Positions 17,896 to 30,320 of a stretch of 64,000 nt of DNA are shown here, piece after piece (within the stretch, counting starts at the first letter, position 1; every line of letters starts with the position of its first letter). The position numbers and the translations under genes are program-made. A model generated the notes under the pieces. It had not been told where the DNA came from and made no database searches. It worked only from the letters and a program-made list of their open reading frames with translations. Source of the DNA: the human T2T-CHM13v2.0 reference genome, Homo sapiens; the NCBI GenBank assembly GCA_009914755.4, contig CP086569.2, positions 14,752,001 through 14,816,000 of the forward strand, given 5' to 3'.

Positions 17896-18361
17896 CACTG
17901 GTTTACTTTTAAAAGGGGCTGCTGTCACATGCATGGAGAAGTATTGGCACATTTCAGTTGAATACATGTTCATGGAGTGCCTACAATTTGCTGTCATCTG
18001 TAATTGGCATTGGGGTGCAAGTATACATGTGACACCAGCCTCCACATGGTCCAGTAGTTTATTACTGAGATTGTCATTAGCACAATACTCTTTAAGTGGG
18101 CAAATTGTTTTCCTAACCTTTAAATATATTGTCATTTACCAACCTCTGTACTGTGTTTACTTTTATTACTTATTGAATTAATATTTAAAAATATTTTTAA
18201 ATTATAAAAACCCATACATACTTTCTGTTTAGTCTGCTGTATTTGTCAAAGGGTAAATGGAAAGTACTGATTTTATAGCTTCAAGAGCTTTATATACTGG
18301 TCTCTTGAGTTTTTAAAAGCAATGAGTGTCTTGAAATGATGATCAACAAAATTTCATATTA

Positions 18362-18400
18362 TATATGTGTGTGTGTATGTATGTGTGTGTGTATATAAAC
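18362..18400. repeat. Compound (TG)n/(TA)n microsatellite
   Basis: atatatgtgtgtgtgtatgtatgtgtgtgtgtatataaacatatacat. Confidence 0.8.
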
Positions 18401-18410
18401 ATATACATAT

Positions 18411-18717
<307 letters not shown>

Positions 18718-21700
18718 TGAATTTGAGTTACACCATAAGAACCGCGCTTGACCGATGGCTGGAAGTAAGTTAATCTTCATAGACTAGTGTTATAGTTTAA
18801 AACAAACAGCAGAGATCCTTTCTTTTACTTTTTAAATAAAATTATTAGCATCAAAATGAAGGGTTGGAAATATTAACACGATTGGAGATGCCTGCTGGTA
18901 CTAGTTCTATGAAATGCAAACCTTCATATAGTTGTAGAAAGTTTAAAAGGCTTATCTTCTACAGGTAGAACACAAATGAGTGCATTTGGGGGCACTTCCT
19001 TTTTCCTTTCTATTTCTATTACTTTCTAAATCTATTTTATGGCTTGGTGAGACAATCTTTCTTCTAGAGGGTGTGTGTTTTACTATTTTGCTGCCAAATC
19101 CCATGGCCTCCCTTGGCTTCTAACTGTGGCAAAAATGGTTTGGGCAGGGAGAGAGAAAAGTTAAAAAATTTTACAAATATAAAGATTGAGACTAATTTGT
19201 GGCTTGCAGTTATGTATATCTTCCTTTGATGTCAATCTGTTTATTTTCAAACAGACCTGATCATAGAGTTTATTTAATATTTCCACAAATAATCAATATG
19301 TAAAATATTTAAACTTCATTTGTATAAATAGATTCAGTTGTATAATGAACCCAATTGTATAAGTGGATTTATACAACTTCTCACAAATAAATTTTCAACA
19401 ATTTTGAATTAAGTGGCCCAATACCTTAATGTGTTATAAATACAAATTCTAGGTTCTAATTACCTTTATAAGAGATATCAAGTGGTGATTAAATCACTAT
19501 AACAATAGATCTTGCTACATTTTAATATCATTTAGACTCATGATAAAAAATTAATAGTAATAGTAAAATCTCACAGTGAGTATGCAACTGTGGATTGCTT
19601 ATCCTAATTGATTTTTCTATTCATATATTTTCAGCATTTTAAAAAAGCATTGGCTTTCTGCTCTTGATTTCACAGAATTTTTTTTGCATTTTAAAGAAAA
19701 AAAAGTGGATGTTACATATTGCACATGCCATATAATAATGTCTGTAAATTTTTCAACAGAATAGTTTAGATTTCAGATGACTAATTTGTCCAAAAATAAT
19801 TTTAAAGAGAAAAATGCTAATCATTTACATAATAGAAAATATATTGAGAAGAGATCCAGTCTACACATCTGGTTATGCAGTTGGGATGCTGGTTAGCCAT
19901 TGAGTACTGTGTGTACTGGCAGTGAGGGCTGGAGGTCTTGAGAGGGGCTGAGCCTCATCTGCTCACAATTCTAGCAGAGTGCCAGAGCTACTTCCAATCA
20001 AAGGAGCCAACTGACCTTATTGCAAAGCAGGTGGACCATTTCTTAACATGCGTATTTCAGGGTCATGCTTCATTATAATTAAAGAGATTTTTAAATGAAG
20101 AAATTTGAACAGACATCACCCTTGTGCTCAATACATTTGTTTAAGGCTGTTGGTCTGTAAGTGCCATTCAAGATTAAAACCTTACTGCGAGGGGATTGGG
20201 CTGCTTGGGCTGGCTTCTGGTGAGTTAAGGTTTCTTCATAGGCTAGAGTATTTACTGTAGCTGTATTTACTCTAGAGGATTACACACGGGAAAGACAAAG
20301 AGCAAAGTAAATTCTGAAATCTCAGAGAATGTGCTCTATTAGTTTGAAGAACTGGTCATCTTTTTTTTTTTACTGTACACCAAAGAATCAAGGAAATAAT
20401 GAAATGTTATCTGAGGCTACTATCTCTCTTCTTATCCACATACCCTTTCTGTAGAACTATTTGTCTGGCATCTGCTGGCCAACCTTCAATGCAAGAATGA
20501 TACTAAATGATCACTTTGTTAAGATTTGTTTTTCATCACTCTGAACAAATTTTGATGGCTTTTTTCTTGACACAAAATATAGAGAGCTACTTCTATTAAA
20601 ACCAATAATCAATTAACTTTGGGATTTCTATCCTATCAGGAATTGATCTTTTATTTATTTTTGTAATGAGTTAGTCTATGGTCAATGCAATAAAAATGTT
20701 CTATCTTGTAAACATTTTGGCATTGCTTTATTTTCTCTTATTTATTTTTTGTAAAAAGCAGAGCGAATGTACGTGTGAGTAACAGGACCACGCTGGAAAA
20801 GAGATCTGAGCTGCTTGAAACAATATATGATAAATACGGCAGTACAAAATAACTATGATAAATCTTCACCCTTCCCTTGGTGACTTTCAAGCAGAGTAGG
20901 GATTATCATTTTTGCAATGGTTAGCATAAATATTGCACTAGTCTCTTATTTCCACATATTCTTGAAGGAAGAGTAAGAAAGTAAGTTTTGCTATTTGTTC
21001 AGCAAATATAGGCTGTTCATTGAACATTTGCTATTGCAGAAGTTTCTCTTCTGGGACATTGTGAGGTGTGGGAATGAAGGAGACATGGTTTTTGACCTAT
21101 GGGGGCTATGGCTTAATGGGAAAACTGGCATCATTAAATGACTTTGCTGCAGCAAGAAGCAGTTAAACGCATGTCTTGACAGTTAGAGGTTCAGCATTGA
21201 AGGGGTCAAAAGAATAAAGCCTTTATTTCTGACTGAGAAATTTAGGGGATGTGTCACAGAGTGGTGGCATTTTTTCTGAGCCTGGAAATATTCAAGGTCT
21301 TTAGTTAGAAAGCAGAAGGCAAGACATTTCAGAGTGAAAAAAAAATAAACACCACAAACAGCCCATGGTTTTATGAAGTACCTGGCAATGTGTTTCTAGG
21401 AAAGCTGGGTTTGTAGATAATATCTGTGACAAAAATTAAACAGATACTTGGAGGTAGACTGACAAATAAAATGGTAGCCAATCATGAAGATGGATGCCTT
21501 GAAGGGGATGTCAAGAAGTTTCTCTTCATTCTATAGAGAATAGGATACAATGAAAGAGTTTGGGAAACTGAAGGAGAGAACCTCACTTCTACTTTAGAAA
21601 AATAACCACAAAGTACCAATAAGGGGTCATTAGTGAAAGAGATTCAGGTGCAGGGAAATAGGTTGAAAGGCTGTTGTGAAGGTCGGAACAAGGAGGGGAG

Positions 21701-23717
21701 TAAAGTTGGGTGACCACCATGGCGACACAATGATTTGTAGATTCTTGAAAATGTATTATGCAATAAAACAACTAAATGTTGTTAGCTTCAAGAACATATC
21801 AAAAAGATTCTAAGATCCCTTAGCCATTCTAAAGAATAAAGTTGTCATAAAGATAGATATCCCAGTAGAAGGGACATATCTGGAACAGAAAAATTCAGCA
21901 GGCAGGTGGAAAAGATGGTCTGCAGCTTAGCCAGGGATTAGGGATAGACTGGAGAAACATTTGCTTAGTAGCAATAAGCTAATCATCCAAGTCAAGGTAC
22001 CCCCATTGCTATGATTATGCACTGAGAAGAAAAGTTTAGGATACAAGCTTGAAAGAAATGCATGTCATGGCAGAACAGGAGTCAAAGATTGACTTGGTGA
22101 AGTCCCAGATCCACCAAGAAAGCTGAGGATCTTAGAAGAAAAATATCCAAAGGATTTGCATATCTATCAAAACCACTTCTATCTTCTGTCTCTCTGTGTG
22201 GCCTTTTCTATTATGAAATGTAGAAAGAAGCAGGTATTTCAGAGAGAAAACTGAGATCAGATCGTAGCCCCAGGCAACTTATTTAATCTTCCTTAGACTC
22301 AAATATCTCCCATTCAATAAGTAGATAATTAAGCTTTTACCCACTTCACAAATTCCCAGTAAGGATCAGGAGAGACAAATTTATTGTAAATTAAAGGTTG
22401 CTACTCAGCCATGACCCATCGGCAATAAAAAAGGAGAATGCAGTAAGTATGGTAAACATTTTCTCTAAAAAATATTTTTTGAAAATCAGCGACTTTGACC
22501 ATATATAAATATGCTTTTTAAAAATTATTCAACTCCATCCATCTAAATCTTTGATGACTTTAAAATTTTTCTAAACCAGGCTTACCGTGAATTAAGATCC
22601 AAATGAAAGAGGAGTTGAAATTCAGCCATGTCACCAGCATGTATCAAACATTATTTGCATTTTGTGTTTGCACATTTTCCAGTTTCTTCTGCGTTTAAAC
22701 TTACAAAATAGAAGAAGAAATCAAGCATTGTTAAATAGCCTTTCAAATGAGTTTTCAGTGCTTTCAGCAAATGACCATTGTGGACAGAAAATGATATTAA
22801 TGGTAATTGGTGTTCTTGTTGTTGATGGCATTCACCATCATGGTGACATAGATTCTATCTTATTGAGTTAGTTTTGCATATTCTATTAGTATTACCAATT
22901 TCTTAACAAATTCCCTTTCGGAAATGTCTGCTATTTTGAACTGTGGTTCTTCAATATATCAATTACCAGACAACTTGCATGTACAGAAGGTGAGTAAGAA
23001 ATCAGAATGATTAACTACTTTAAAATGAGACATCTATGAGAAACTTTTGGAGCAGTGCACTCACTCATGCAAAATCCAAACATTATAAATTCATTATTTT
23101 CCATTAAGACTATGGTGGAGTGCTTGAGCAGTCATTGCAGAATCTAAAAGACTTGAGCTTTGAAAATCACTCAGGAGATTTCACATGAAGAGATTTCACT
23201 TTGCAGTGTTTTCTTTCCTTAAATGGAAAACTCCCTGAGAAAGAAGGAAGATTAAATCTGGAAACCATGTTATAATGACCTTAGAATGTATCAGTAGACA
23301 CAGAGCATATTAAAAAATGGGAAAATGACTTGAAATGCTTTATAGTGATCTCATAGTGTGAATTCCATGTTAACCTCAAGTGAAACAACCTTGTAACATG
23401 ATTTATTCAGAAGAATGCACATGAAATGACTGTGTAGAGATTACCAAGGAATAAATCACTTGTTCAGAATCAGGAATCAGTTTATACTCTCTAAAAAAAA
23501 AAAAAAAAAGAAAAGTTAAAACAAAAAGGAGCAAATAGCTGAATGGAGTGTCAGAAGACTTCAGAAGTGAAACCCTGTATGAGTATGAAGAGGCCACTTT
23601 TATGAAAGGAAATCTCAGTTGTCATCAGATCGGATTCATCTCTTCCAGATTTGTTCTTCCTCAGCTTATACTTTGAGTCACATGCAGATTGTTTTAATTG
23701 ATATTGTCCTGTTTCAG

Positions 23718-23901
23718 GTGTCCCCCTGAAGCCCAGAGAAGGGTTACAATTTACAGAATTGCCGTCTGGACAGCTGGAGGTAAGTGGTCCTCCAAATTCC
23801 ATATTCCTATTGAGCCTGTGATGTTTGTGGTACAAAGAAGGTGGAATTATGGAATCCATCCTAGAGAAGACAATGTCACTCATTGGCAGACAGTGGTACA
23901 G
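23718..23901 (+). pseudogene. ANOS2P: ANOS1-like pseudogene exon, equivalent to ANOS1 exon 5 (start of FnIII-1); contains a 1-bp deletion frameshift
   Basis: Acceptor gtttcag. The frame from the previous exon gives [21 protein letters not shown], then after GAGGT-AAGTGG the +1 frame gives [40 protein letters not shown] before the donor gtaaaag. Anosmin-1 reads [61 protein letters not shown]. Confidence 0.8.
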
Positions 23902-24578
23902 GTAAAAGCTTCATATAGACTTTGATTTTCATCCTGGAGGTAGTGTCTGCTACATAGCTCCGCACATAAAATTAACTTGCTATGCCTCAAAATAGCTTGA
24001 CTACAGAAATTACTTACTCATATACGGAATAAACAATATAAAGGTCTGCTAAAGAGAGGATGAGGTTCACAGATACAAATGAATATGCTCAGAGGCTCAA
24101 CCATTGGAATAATTTCTCTGAAATATACATAGAAGGTAGATAATTTTATAATCTGTTCACATGTATTTTCTCCAAGAACCACATTTCCCTCAGCCAAACT
24201 CAAAGCCAATTAGAGTAAGGGAAATGAAACTTTATGAGGACTAATTTGATATTTAATCATCTAAATGCCTTCTCTTCTGTTTCTCCTGCCTTTATTCCTT
24301 TATCCCACCCAGACTTAAGGAGCATGAGGTAAGATTTGTATTACAAAATTACTTATTGGGACATAGCCAGCAGCCCATAAACCTTCACCAGTGATTTCTT
24401 CTTTGTCTTAGTCAGCTTAAAAACTGATACACCATCTGCATGGCAACACTCCCAGAGTTTATCTTAACACTGAGTCTTCATCTTCTGTCTTGTTGATGAG
24501 AAAAGCGAAATGTTATCTTCTTTCTTTTTACGAGCCGTTAAAAGCACAACCAGCTGCTACTTGCTGCCTCCCACCACA

Positions 24579-24625
24579 TGCACACACACACACACACACA
24601 CAGAGACACATACACACACACAAGA
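24579..24625. repeat. (CA)n microsatellite, interrupted
   Basis: cacacacacacacacacacacagagacacatacacacacacaag. Confidence 0.85.
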
Positions 24626-26319
24626 AACCATACATGGATGTAAAAAGTAACAGATTCTGAATATGAAACTGTTCCATGCATTTAGACAATGAAAATGCCT
24701 TCCCACATTTATGTCTATAGGAAAAAATTGTCACCTTAAGTTGATTAGGTCATTTTTTTACAAGGACTAGATTCCTATATTTTTGTTAGTAAATGAAAAA
24801 TAAATGTCATTATTTAGGTGTTTGCAAGAAGAATATTTTCTAAATAGCACTATCTCAAAGGGGTTAAGCACTAAAATAAAACAATGTAAAAACCCCAAAA
24901 TAAGAAGTTTGATGTAAAACAACAACAACATTAAATTAGAAAAAAAAAAAAAAACTGGTCAAATCAATTCAGTAATTCTATTCTATACTTATTTTATAAA
25001 AAAACTTTGCTTCAATAAAACATAAAGCCACTCAGAATACAGCCTGAAATTCCATTTGATTTACATGCCATACTTTCCTAAATCATGGTACAGATTCATT
25101 TGAAATTTTTCCAAATTAGTTGAAGATTTATGAAAATAACTGAAAATAAGATAATCTCTTTTGTCTTCAAAAGATTTTTGGAAAGACAAAAGCTCTTTTA
25201 TTGTTGTTGTTGTTATTATTTTATCCTGTTAATGCTACATATAATACCTCCTTGTCTGCTAAACACTGTAGATACCATGCCGACTTTAAGCTTTTTAAAT
25301 TCACAGCTGAAACTCTAAATGATGAAGTTGAAACTGTTTTCTCAAAGTCTGCCAAAGCAGGTAGAAAGTTACATGTAAGAGTTCATATTCTTCCTTTGTT
25401 CTCAGAAATGTTATTTTAGATATTGATGTAAACATGACAGTCGTTTTCATGTTCTTATAAGCTGAGGTTGTTATAACCTCAGTTATTATAAACAAGTGTA
25501 GGAATGTTTAAATCCAATCCTGTTTCCCTAGTTTCATCCAAAGAGCAAGTTGAGTTCAGCACCTGGTGTAGATGAAGGCACAGACTGTAGGTGGTTATTT
25601 TTTGGAATTCAAGGCAAAGGTTTTCAAGATCCTACCAATGGAAATTAAACACAGAACATTGTTGAAAGCAGGTATATAGTATGAAGACTATTAAAGTTAT
25701 TTGATATCTTAAAATTGTAGCACTAGAGACAGCAAAACCTACTGATCTTCCCCAGTGTCATTTTTCCCCTTTTGGGCATTTTATTGAACAAATACATGCT
25801 AACACATTTCACCCTTTATGATCAAGACTGGTTCTTCACAGACGTTACGTGATTTACTCAAAGGTTTTTTTAAACAGTGGCTCAGGTTATAATTTACTTC
25901 CAGAAATTGTTAGTGGTCTTTAAGCATGTGGGTTGTTATAGCTATTTTTATAATTATATTTGGCATGTGAGTTAAAATATTTTCTTTCTGTAACCTGGAG
26001 GTGATTTCATCTTCTTGTCTGTAATGTAACAATGGCTACTCATAAATATTCTCTGTTGATTGAATCGCTCAAATGCTGTAATTAATCACCAGATTTACAA
26101 ATAGCCCGAGCTCTTGTCATGAGATTTTGACTTCAAGAGATGTTTAATTCTTTGGGGTGAAATATAAGTGATTCCTTGATCCCTGACAGCTCTCTTCATA
26201 ACTGGGCATGATAAGCAGCACTTATCAGAAGGAAGACAGGCTCAGCTGCACTGGCTGATAGGTTAGTGTATTTTTCTAAACAGATCCAACCAACATGTGA
26301 GAATAAAAGGTGACATGTT

Positions 26320-26449
26320 CCCTGTGCTCTGTGAGTTCAACTGACTGACATAAGACCCAACTGACGGTACCAGTTTCGAGTGGCTGCTGTGAATGTGCAT
26401 GGAACTCGACGCTTCACTGCCCCCAGCAAACACTTCTGTTCTTCCAAAG
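26320..26449 (+). pseudogene. ANOS2P: ANOS1-like pseudogene exon, equivalent to ANOS1 exon 6 (FnIII-1 C-terminal part); in-frame TGA and diverged 5' portion
   Basis: ...[37 protein letters not shown], then donor gttagt. Anosmin-1 reads ...[38 protein letters not shown]. The stop is the tga at 26362-26364. Confidence 0.78.
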
Positions 26450-28234
26450 GTTAGTCTTAAATACATACATACATGAATATAGATTCACTGTCACCATGTT
26501 CATATTTATGAACCCTGTCTTAAGACTCAACAGGTGGCTTTGCTGTTTTAAAGAATGGGACCAGATGTGTTTGAAGGTACTGTGCACATTTATGGTTAAG
26601 GACAACTTGAAATTTTGCCTGCAGTATGTCACAGAAGATAACATAAGGGAGTTTTTTTAAAAAACTTTGAAGTGGCGGGGGGTTTTCATTATCAACATCT
26701 GTTGAGTTTTTGGTTAAAGATATTTTGCATTAAGCACTATTCAGTTGATTTTCAAAGAGAAAGACTGAATTTAAGCTACTCTAGACAAAATAGTCTTCCT
26801 TGAAATGATTGTTAAATTGAGAGCGAATTTGACTCCTCCCTTTGCTTCATAACATTTAGAATTTAAACCCCTCCCTAGTAATTTAATCATTGCTATAATT
26901 TTGTTCAGTTCTGACAGCAATGATATTTTAAAATCTCTGTGGAAACAAATGAACAGTATGTTACATTTGCAGTTAATCTGTGACAGTTGAAGCAGGTTTA
27001 TTTTCTAGTTGCGTCCATATGGCTGTGTACCTTCCAAATTTAGACATCTGCTTGACTAATTTCTAAGGATCTGGTTTCACAAATATAGATTAGTTACCTT
27101 GTTCTCCCACTAATCACAAGTTATCTTCTTATGCAGAAACTAAATTTGTTTTATTTTACATAAATTTATTGATTGTGACATTAATAAATAATGTAACTGT
27201 TTACATTTAAAAGCCTTTTAAAATGTGTGTGGGGGGGGGGCTTCTTTTTCTTTTCTTTTCTTTTTTTTCCCTCCTAAGGAGGCAAATTCATGAACTAAGC
27301 AAACTTTAAAGTGAAATTGTAAATGAAGACATCAAACCCTGTCTTAAGACTCTGTCTCCAACTGATCTGAAAATTTAATGAGGCATGTGAAATAATTAAT
27401 TGTGGGTTAGTAGGCAGTGATCAATAAAAAGTTTCAGAATGCATCACCTTAAGTTTTATGGTTCAAATGGGATTCAGACGTGTTGTGGTCAAAAATGTGT
27501 TACCATCTGTTCAGTTGCCTGCAGGGTTTGGGCTGGTGCTCTATGAACAAGACTGCAAATTCAGACATCGGATGGAAGCTGTTCCCAGCCTCTAGAGACA
27601 GATGCTTAAATAATTTCCTGTAAGAGTTGTGGTGGCACCTCTTGTCTAATGAAGGTGGTTTTGCTCCCATGATTTATTATACAGCCTTGCTATTCTCATG
27701 ATCTGGGCAGAGATCTTTTGGCAGGGCCAGGATCTGGGGGAGAGTAGGAAGGTCAAGCTGTTCTGACGCTTTCTGGTATATCGGAGCAACTTAATAATCT
27801 AGAATGCGAACTCTATCTCCCAAATTTAAGTGGACTTTTATTTAAGGAAAATGCAACTATTGTAGTTATCATTAAAATGTTGTTCTGTCACTGTTACAAA
27901 TACACCTAAAATTCACACGTCCATGTATCTCATTGTGAGGAACATTCCAAGCTTTAGTTCTTCAAATCTTACAAACCAAAAATGTCTGCACAGAATTAAC
28001 AGAAGATTCCATTATATTTTAAATATAGAAAATCCCAGAATGACAGGTTTAACATATCAGACAAAAGGTGGTAGACATTCCCTCTATGATCTCTAAAGCC
28101 AACTTAATCACTAACAAGGTGGGGCCACATCTGTTTCTCATTCTCACCAAATGTCGAAAGATCCTTACTGGGAAAAATGCTTTAAATAACTTTACTGAAA
28201 TATAATTTTTATGTCATAAAATTCACTTATCTTC

Positions 28235-29302
28235 TGTTGTGGGAAGTCAGGGACCCCAAACGGAGGGACCAGCTGAAGCCATGACAGAAGAACATGGATT
28301 ATGAAGATTTTATGGACATTTATTAGTTCCCCAAATTAATACTTTTGTAATTTCTTATGCCTGTCTTTACTGCAATCTCTAAACATAAATTGTAAAGATT
28401 TCATGGACACTTATCACTTCCCTGATCAATACCCTTGTGATTTCCTGTGCCTGTCTTTACTTTAATCTCTTAATCCTGTCAGCTGAAGAGGATGTATGTT
28501 GCCTCAGGACTATGTGATAATTGCATTAACTGCACAAATTGTACAGCATGTGTGTTTGAGCAATATGAAATGTGGGCACCTTGAAAAAAAAACAGGATAA
28601 CAGCAATTGTTCAGGGAATAAGAGAGATAACCTTAAACTCTGACCGCCGGTGAGCTGGGCAGAACAGAGCCATATTTCTCTTCTTTCAAAAGCAAATGGG
28701 AGAAATATCGCTGAATTCTTTTTCTCAGCATGGAACATCCCTGAGAAAGAGAATGTGTACCTGGGGGTGGGTCTCTGAACTGCCCTCCCGGGTGTGGTTG
28801 TCTCTTTTGGTCGAGACTGCAGAGGTGAAATAGAGTCCAGTATCCCATAGTGCTCCCAGGCTTATTAGGAAGAGGAAATTCCCACCTAATAAATTTTGGT
28901 CAGACTGGTTGATCTCAAAACCCTGTCTCCTGATAAGATGTTATCAGTGGCAATGGTGCCTGAATCTTCATTAGCAATTTTAATTTCGCCTCAGTCCTGT
29001 GGTCCTATCATCTCACCCTGCCTCCACTTGCCTTGTGATATTCTGTTACCTTGTGAAGTACTTGATGTCTGTGACCCACACCTATTTGCACACTCCCTCC
29101 CCTTTTGAAACTCCCTAATAAAAACTTGCTGGTTTTTGTGGCTTGTGGGGCATCACGGATCCTACCAACGTGTGATGTCTCCCCCAGACGCCCAGCTTTA
29201 AAATTTCTCTCTTTTGTACTCTGTCCCTTGATTTCTCAAGCCAGCCGACGCTTAGGAAAATAGAAAAGAACCTACGTGATTATCGGGGCAGGTCCCCCGA
29301 TA
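28235..29302 (+). mobile_element. Solo LTR of a HERV-K-family (class II, LTR13/LTR14-like) endogenous retrovirus, flanked by a 6-bp direct repeat (ATCTTC) and carrying an internal ~90-bp tandem duplication
   Basis: Begins tgttgtgggaagtcagggaccccaaacggagggaccagctgaagcc...gattttatggacatttattagttcccc...ctgtctttactttaatctcttaatcc. This is the characteristic HERV-K-type LTR 5' region. ATCTTC lies immediately upstream (28229-28234) and downstream (29303-29308). There is no internal retroviral sequence. Confidence 0.7.
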
Positions 29303-29387
29303 ATCTTCAAGTGTACAGTTCAGTGACTTTTAGTATTTACTGACTTGTGCAACCATCACCATCATCTAATTTCTGTTTTTTCTATTT

Positions 29388-29640
29388 CTTTTTTTTTTTT
29401 GAGACGGAGTCTCGCTCTGTCGTCCAGGCTGGAGTGCAGTGTCGCCATCTCAGCTCACTGCAAGCTCCGCCTCCTGGGTTCACGCCATTCTCCTCCCTCA
29501 GCCACCTGAGTAGCTGGGACTACAGGAGCCCACGACCACGGCTAGCTAATTTTTTGTATTTTTAGTAGGGATGGGGTTGTACTGTGTTAGCCGGGGTGGT
29601 CTTGATCTCCTGACCTCGTTGTCCGCCCGCCTCGGCCTCC
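29388..29640 (-). mobile_element. AluY-like element lacking about 40 bp of its own 5' end; candidate 8-bp target-site duplication ATCATCTA
   Basis: tttttttttttgagacggagtctcgctctgtcgtccaggctggagtgcagtg...cgcccgcctcggcctcc, followed directly by atcatcta. The same octamer sits at 29361-29368, upstream of the T-rich tail. Confidence 0.8.
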
Positions 29641-30099
29641 ATCATCTAGTTTTAGAATGAGTCCATCACCCCAATAATGTCCTTTATACCTTACTGGGAA
29701 AATTTAAAGTTAGAAATAAAGTTAATTTTGTGTCTTTAGCTTCCTTTATTACCCATGTATCTGAACTGCAATCCCATGGAACGGGGAGTATCCTGCAGTT
29801 TGGTGCTTAATCTATTTCTTAGAAAAACCTATTTTTTTTTTTTTAAAAGGCCAAAAGCATAACAGTCACAGTGATCGATAAATGATTACTCTCTTTCTGG
29901 AAATACGAGCATCCCCAAGGAAATTAAGGACTTTTCCCTTAAGCACTCTTTCTCTCAATAGCCTCCATTTGAGTAATCGGCAATGCTGCTCTTGCAGCAG
30001 TTTGTGGCAAAAGAGGCCTGCAGTCATTCTCGACTCTAAACATTTTCTGCAAGCCACCGCAAATCCTCAGATCTGCCTTGATTCACCTTTCCCTGTGTT

Positions 30100-30320
30100 T
30101 CCCCTAATCCGCTCAGTTCTGTCTTTAACTGGGAATTGTATTAGCTTCCTAATCACATCCCCACTTCTGCCTCCTGGCTTCTGCCTTAAGGCTTCTGGAT
30201 TCCTGTTTCCTGATCGTGGCACCTCATTCCTGCTTTCGGATCCCCACTTCCGGATCCTGGGTTTCAGACCCAGGCCTCTCATCCCTGCTTCCGGATTTCC
30301 ACTTCTGGATCCCCTCCTTT
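30100..30320. repeat. Imperfect short direct repeats (ttccggatcc / cttctggatcc / ctgcttccgga); unclassified, possibly part of an old interspersed repeat
   Basis: ccacttctgcctcctggcttctgcc...cttctggattcctgtttcctgatcgtgg...ctgctttcggatccccacttccggatcctgggtttcagacc...ctgcttccggatttccacttctggatcccc. Confidence 0.4.
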
